64,000 bases of DNA from positions 62,001 to 126,000 of the forward strand of contig AP026135.1 in the NCBI GenBank assembly GCA_030295235.1, in the 5' to 3' direction. The notes beneath the pieces are model-generated. The model was not told the DNA's origin. It was given only the letters and a program-made list of their open reading frames with translations, and ran no database searches. This DNA is from Fistulifera solaris (lineage: Eukaryota). Within the stretch, counting starts at the first letter, position 1. Every line of letters begins with the position of its first letter. The translations under genes were made by a program, and so were the position numbers. Shown one piece after another: positions 57,874 through 64,000 of this stretch.

Positions 57874-60800
57874 TCAGAAGCCACAGCGAAAGCAGAAGGG
57901 ACTGGGTGGACTCGAAGAAAAGTCGATTTCGCTCGTGGTTGGGCATTGCGTGAGACTGAATACTGTTGACGCATTCACGATTCGCCCCTCCAATTGATCG
58001 GCCCATGAGCACAAGTCTTGAGAGAAAAAGCGAGCTCCGCGAAACATTTCATTGAAGGATTCGACACTGTCCAGATCCCATGAGGATAGGTCATTGTTAT
58101 ATGCGGACGCCGAAAAAACATCTGATCCATTTTTCTGACGTTTGATACGTCCCAGGTCGAAATATCAGCATCAAAGGACGATGCTCTCGAAAACATGCCG
58201 CTCATGTCCGTCACGGATGAAACGTTCCATGAAGATATGTCTCCGGTAAAGGAGGTTGCTTGGTTGAACATATTGGCCGTACTTGTGACCGATGATACAT
58301 CCCAACTTGATAAATCCGAATTAAAACCGGAAGCACCCTCGAACATGGATGTTAGATCAGTTGCTCTTGAAACATCCCATCCCGATAAATCGCCATTGAA
58401 CGACGCAGCAGAGGGAGACCGAGATATGGCAAATAGAAAACTGAGGTCTTTGACACTGGAAATACACCAGTCTCCAATGTAAGACCCTCCACTGACACTG
58501 TTACCAGCGATGAATTCGTCCACGGCTAGTATTAGGTCGTCCCTTGAGGAAAAACAGTCGTCGGTTGAAGTGGGAGCCAGAGTAGGAGCAATTGTCTTGT
58601 TCAGTGTTGAATTATCCGTTGGAGCAACAACTGGCGCAGATGTTATGGTCGGCCAAATATCTTGATCGGAAAAGGCTGGCCCCACTAAGAAATCTTGGAT
58701 GTTAGGCTCCGTGAGCTCCGTGCAGTTCGTGAGATTGCCACAGTCAGTCTCGAAACCAACGTATGGTAGATTACTTTCTTGAATTGTGCCGAAGCAAATG
58801 GAACATGTGCCACAGCTACTACCGTCATATTCGATCGTACACCAAATTGCTAGTCCATTTCGATTGTAAATAGTAGAGAAACAGCCTTCTTCGTACTCCT
58901 CCGAACCGGCCAGGTATTTGACACACAATTTCTCAGATAAATCAGAACCTGTCCCTTCTATTGGCTCACGCGAACTTTGTATTTTAGCTTCCCCTGAGAT
59001 GTAAAGATTTTCTGGCAAGAGTGTTGGAGGTATTGTTTCTATGGGACCACGTGTTGGTGGATTGGACGTGACATTAATCACAGTCGGAGTTGTTGTCGAG
59101 TTGCCGACATTGTCGAAACTGCTGGGAGTGGTGCTCGAGTCGCGTCCTCTCACAATCAATATTAAAATCACCACTAAAAGTATGAGAACAATGCCAATGT
59201 AGCCATAGTGGCTTTTTTCCGGGCCAGAAAGAGTCTCCTTTAGGACCCTCTTTCCTCTCTGTGACGTTTTCGTCGTAGCTGGAATTCGTTTTGCTCCAAA
59301 GTTTAAATGGGTTCAGAAAATCAAAATAGCGTGGTGTTTTTCTGGCGACGTGATCGTCTCTTCCTTGAAAATCTTGTGCTTCGACGTCATCATCATTGCT
59401 ACAAATTTTACTCCCAGAAGCATCAACGGCATCAGCATCATCAGTAACAACACGGGAAACGTGCTCATCAATGTTGCTTTCCTGAAAACTGAGTCCACAT
59501 ACATTTGCCGAAGCATTTGCGCTCTCATAACTCGGACTATCTGACCTATATTCGTGTGACGATGGATTCCATTCGACATCATGAACGTTTGATGTTGGAT
59601 TGTCGTTGAACTGACCGGAAAATTCAGTAAAGATATATTTCTCGGGGGAGTCGCTAACACTTCTATCAGTGGGGTCTTCATCGTCAACGGTACCATGACC
59701 ATCAATCTCAATTGAATTCGCAGCCAATTTACCTTCCGAAGGCTCGCGATTGTCATCATCAGAGCGACTGCCGTCTACGTAAGGGTTCATTCCTAGACTT
59801 GGATCTGAATTATCTCTGTCTCCGTCTGAATACTCATCATTTGGGCAATCCGAATAATCTTCAGCAGTTCGCCATTTCTCGTCAATGGAAGAATTTTCGT
59901 CATCGCTGAAATTCTCTGAATAATTTTCTTTAACGTCTACGTTCGCTGCCTCGTATTTTCCGTGAATTGCTGAGCTTTCCTCATCATCTGTAGTATCATT
60001 CGAATACTCTTCATTGGCCGCTTCTTCAAATACGGAGTAGTCTTTATTTCCCGCTGAAACTTCGTTGTCATCGATGCCACTTGCGCGGCCCCCTTTCTCT
60101 TCATTTCTAATCAAAGGTTCATTGTCATCGCTACGGCTTGTTAAATTGTCTACACTTCTTCCATTCGTTTCTTGATCTAATTCAGCCTGATCTTCGCCAC
60201 CAGTCGAATCCTCGTCCTTTTCATCAATTTTACTGACTTGCTCATTCGAGCTGTTGTAACCACTGTTGTCTCCTGAAATAATTTGAGTTTTTTCTACAAT
60301 AGACATCGGCTCACTTTGATCTTCATCTCCATTTTCTAAGGTTCCATCATAGTTGTTGCTGTTGTCTGAGAACAATCCAGTTGCTTCTACAGCTAAAGTT
60401 GGTTGATCCTCAAACTGATCATCATTTGAGCTTTCGTCATAACTGCTACTTCTGTCAGAAGAGTTTCCTTCATTTTTACTTTGTGTAGGCCGAAATTCAT
60501 GAGCTTGATCATGCTCCGCTTCTCCATCTGAGCTTTCATCGTAGTCGCTGCTGCCGTCTTCGGAGTATCTTGTTTTGCTTTCCACAGCACGAGGCAAGAT
60601 ATTCCCACCCTGATCCTCTCCTCCACTCGAGCCTTCGTCTTGATTTACTTCTCCATTTGAGCTTTCATCGTAGTCGGAGGAATCCCCAGGATTTTCTACA
60701 GCAACTGGTGATCGTCTTTGATTTTCTCCAGAATCGTCCCCATTCGAGTTGTCGCTGGAGTCGCTGCTGTCATCCTCCTTTTCCTCAAGCAATCCTCGCT

Positions 60801-61119
60801 GATCCTCATCTTCGTATGATAGACTATCTTCGTCTTCGCTGCTACTTTCCGAGTATTTTCCCCTCCTTACGGCCACTGGAGACGATGGCTGATCCTCGTC
60901 ATCATACGAGCCGTCGTCGGAATTGCTGCTACCATCGGAATAATTTCCCTTCTTTTCGATAGGTAATTCATCAGGCTCCTCATCAGAACTTGAATCCTCA
61001 TCGCCGCTACTGCCGTTGGAATAGTGTCCTCTAGAGGAAGAGGCCCGCCGCTCCTCTTCCGATGATGAGCTATTATCGTCGTCCTCATCACTGCTGCTAT
61101 CTGAATATCCTTGACGCAT
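57874..61119 (-). CDS. Paralog: acidic N-terminus, TM, Cys-rich domain, DUF285-type repeats
   Basis: Indels at ~59215 and ~58115; SREPIEGT.S.LSEKLCV and YNRNGLA shared with the neighbour; reconstructed end PSPFCFRCGF*. Confidence 0.75.
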
Positions 61120-61999
61120 CTTTCAAACGCTTTGATATTCTGAAATGGGTAATTCGTTTTGATAGGATACAAAGGAGATTGATTGAATGTATTTGAAGCA
61201 AAAGCGCTTGGTTCTCCCATTGGAAATGAATTGAATTGACAACAACTTGAATGAGTTCTATGAAATTTTTTAGGGTGTATTTTTGTTCTGTTCCGCCGAA
61301 ACCGCAAAGACCTATTTTAGGAGTCCGCTCATGACCTATAGACCCAAAGTGTTGATTTCTCGAATCCACGACTGCATTTCAGTCATGAATCAAAATTGCC
61401 TCAAGTCTGTAAACGACCACAAGATTCCAGCTGACTTGCCAAAGTGGCAAACCAAGCGGCCTCAACACTAATACAAATATCTCTTGTAACATTTACAAGG
61501 CACAAATCGCTAGTCACTTCGAAACTACGGGCGGATCGACGTCCGACTATGATTCCAAAGTGTAAGCGACCTTTTACCATGACTGCATTTCAGTCATGAG
61601 TAAATACCTTGGTAGTTGTATTTTTAAGGGACAAATAGAAGCACTTCAACTTGAGTTCCATCTCTACCAGCAAATCGAAACATCAATTACTTAAGTTGAA
61701 ATGCCACATTTTCGTTTCTAGCGCCTACTTTTTTGTGCGCCGAACTTATCACTCCGGAATGTCGCACCAACACCCGGTGGATCTCGGCGCTTTTCTTTTC
61801 GTCTCTACCAGGTAATCTCTCGAAAAACAACAGACGAGACGAGACGTGACGAGACGAGATGATGATGAATGAAGAATGAAGAAGGAACGATCATCCGAAT
61901 AATTAGACAATAGATTTGTTCTCTTTCCTTTCTATCTACATTCTACGCTTACTAGTCTGTAACACAGCTACATCTGTTCTACACATTAGCAACTCAAGA

Positions 62000-62392
62000 A
62001 TGGCGTGTTCATCAGCACCATTATTATTTCAACTATCTCGACGAGTGGGAAGGATGAGTTCTCTGCATTCTCTGCGATCGGTTACAAAACGATCGTTCGG
62101 CACTGACGACGATATTGACAAAAGACTATTTACCGAAGAAATTAAAATTAAAATGCCCGACATGGGAGAAGGAGAAGGTAAGATTTTGACGTGGTACAAA
62201 GAAGAAGGAGACTTAGTGAAGCGAGGGGACGTTCTTTGTGACATTGAGACGGCAGATTTTACGTTCGGGATGGAGACGGATGACGAGCAATTGGGGATTA
62301 TGGGATCCATTTTAGTACCAGCGCCTTCAGAAATGATAGCGAATGGAAAGACTATTTGCATCGTTTTGCACAAACCGAATCATCGCGATTGA
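62000..62392 (+). CDS. Stand-alone lipoyl/biotinyl-domain protein, mitochondrial presequence, lacking the lipoyl-Lys
   Basis: IKMPDMGEGEGKILTWYKEEGDLVKRGDVLCDIETADF. Confidence 0.85.
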   Translation: MACSSAPLLFQLSRRVGRMSSLHSLRSVTKRSFGTDDDIDKRLFTEEIKIKMPDMGEGEGKILTWYKEEGDLVKRGDVLCDIETADFTFGMETDDEQLGIMGSILVPAPSEMIANGKTICIVLHKPNHRD

Positions 62393-62528
62393 TCGATAGG
62401 TAGAATGGACGTTACGCTTGCAAGCAATACAGTTGATTGAATGAAATTCTAGTGATCAAATTATCGGGATTGTTAATTCAAATTTCTAAGAAAAATTAGT
62501 CGGCTCATTAAGCACACAGAGAATTATT

Positions 62529-64000
62529 TTAACAGCTGGGAGCGTTCATGACAGGATCTTGCGGATGATACACAACGTTTTGTTCCGCCGCACTGATTTT
62601 CTTCGTCGGCATACTGGTGACTGGTTCATCCTGTCCGTCATTGAGCATTTCTTCACGACGCATCAGACAATAACGCTTTTCGTGGCATCCATACGCGTGG
62701 GGCGTCAGTTCAATCACATTGTTCAATGGAATGCTCACATAGGGAGCCTCTTTGCGATCCAAACCCATAAAGTAGGCGTACAAAATGCGCAATATACCTT
62801 GATGACCGACAATTAGAACGGGTTCTCTGGTTCGTTCCATCTCCTGTGCTAGGGGCTCGAGTCGCAACGTTACGTCCATGTACGATTCACCACGAGGATA
62901 TCGGTAAGTGAGCTTGTCTTCCTGGCGACGATTGAATTCTTCCGGATACACTTGTTCAATGTCTTTGTAGGTCATACCATCACAGACACCGGCATACAAT
63001 TCGTCCAGATTACGACGCGCCATGGGTCGGAATTGAACCCATTCACCCGTATCTCCATTGTCCCATTTGTACTTGAATTTCGAATGATCGATGAATTGCG
63101 TTGTTTCTTTCGTACGTCGTAACGTGCTGGTCCACAATCGACAGGGTTGCTGTACTTCGCTTTCTTCGCCCGTGTTCGGATCTACCACTTTTCTGACACC
63201 AATATGATCTTTGGCAAAGTCCGCCAACCGGCGCGCATATTCTTTCCCTGCCGGAGTCAGACCCGAATCACCTCCAATCTTTCCCAGCAGATTGTATTCG
63301 GATTGGCCGTGGCGTGTCAAGTAAAATGTCCTTGTTTGAGTGTGCAGATTCATAATGAAATGCACTACTTTCAAAGGCAAATATCCCCGAATATTGTTGA
63401 CTGTGCCCAATTCAAGAACAGAAGATTGCTATGAGAGCATTCGAGTTGGAAAAGACAAGAATCTTTACTTCAACGTACCGATGAAGCGTTTACTGTTGAT
63501 AATTTTAATGTGCGGTCCTTCATTTTCCTCCAATGTCTCGTAGACCGACATGTAATGGTCCCGACGGCGTTTAAAATCAGCAACCGCAGCTTCGGGTTCT
63601 AAATCACGATAGTCGGGTGTATTGAGCTTGACGCGACGAATGTTCTCCTCCAGTAGCTTTGAAGACAAGAAAAGAAAAGGATAACGTGTAAGTGCGATCA
63701 AGTAAAACACACACACACACACACACCTCTCTCTCTATCTCTCTTTCCTTGATACTTACTTGTTCATTGTCACAGAGACTCTCGAGAAAGATGATTTTGG
63801 CACCAATTCCACTCGATTTAAGGGACTGCATGAGATATTCCCGACGCTCCCGTGTTCCGTTGGTCGCATCAAAGGCGGCCACACGTACGCCTTCCTGTTT
63901 CATGTAGGCAATCAAATCATCCAAGGCGGCATTACACGCTTTGATACGCGATGTCGAACCTTCTTCATTGGTGGGATCGTAGAACGAAGCGGGCATGGTG
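62529..64000 (-). CDS. PFKFB: 6-phosphofructo-2-kinase/fructose-2,6-bisphosphatase (3' part; gene continues beyond the window)
   Basis: FDATNGTRERR, PDYR, YLTRHGQSEYN, LDELYAGVCDGMTY, YRYPRGESY; introns 63759-63657 and 63478-63401. Confidence 0.95.
63707..63745. repeat. Compound (CA)n(CT)n microsatellite in a PFKFB intron
   Basis: acacacacacacacacacacctctctctctatctctct. Confidence 0.9.

Noticed and set aside
1..64000. Prokaryotic operon/defence system, tRNA or rRNA genes
   Set aside because: Spliceosomal introns and eukaryotic gene content; no tRNA or rRNA signatures recognised by eye.

Overview
Eukaryotic nuclear DNA, most likely from a pennate diatom. This is inferred from the gene density, short 65-110 nt spliceosomal introns, signal-plus-transit plastid presequences and expanded LRR, DUF285 and FkbM families. 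About 30 protein genes can be reconstructed. Many are split by single-base indels at homopolymers, which looks like unpolished long-read error. Housekeeping-type genes include NAA38/LSm, NDUFAF6, PITH, TMEM14, Nudix, subtilisin and PFK2/FBPase2. The most interesting structures are: (1) a 12-kb cluster (13.5-25.7 kb) of seven highly diverged paralogous single-pass membrane proteins sharing an unnamed ~110-aa SEA-like domain, several with RXL and lysine-cluster motifs; (2) a 1,152-bp non-coding element with 165-bp TG..CA terminal direct repeats carrying an internal array of ~10 hairpin repeats; (3) a ~3,100-aa acidic-disordered/TM/DUF285 protein and its tandem paralog; (4) three unusual GNAT-like genes, one resembling bacterial/phage proteins; (5) two near-perfect tandem duplications (821 and 1,158 bp); (6) recurrent non-coding motifs, including CAGAAAATCTG arrays phased at 33-35 bp. 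Family assignments come from motif recognition by eye, with no database search.
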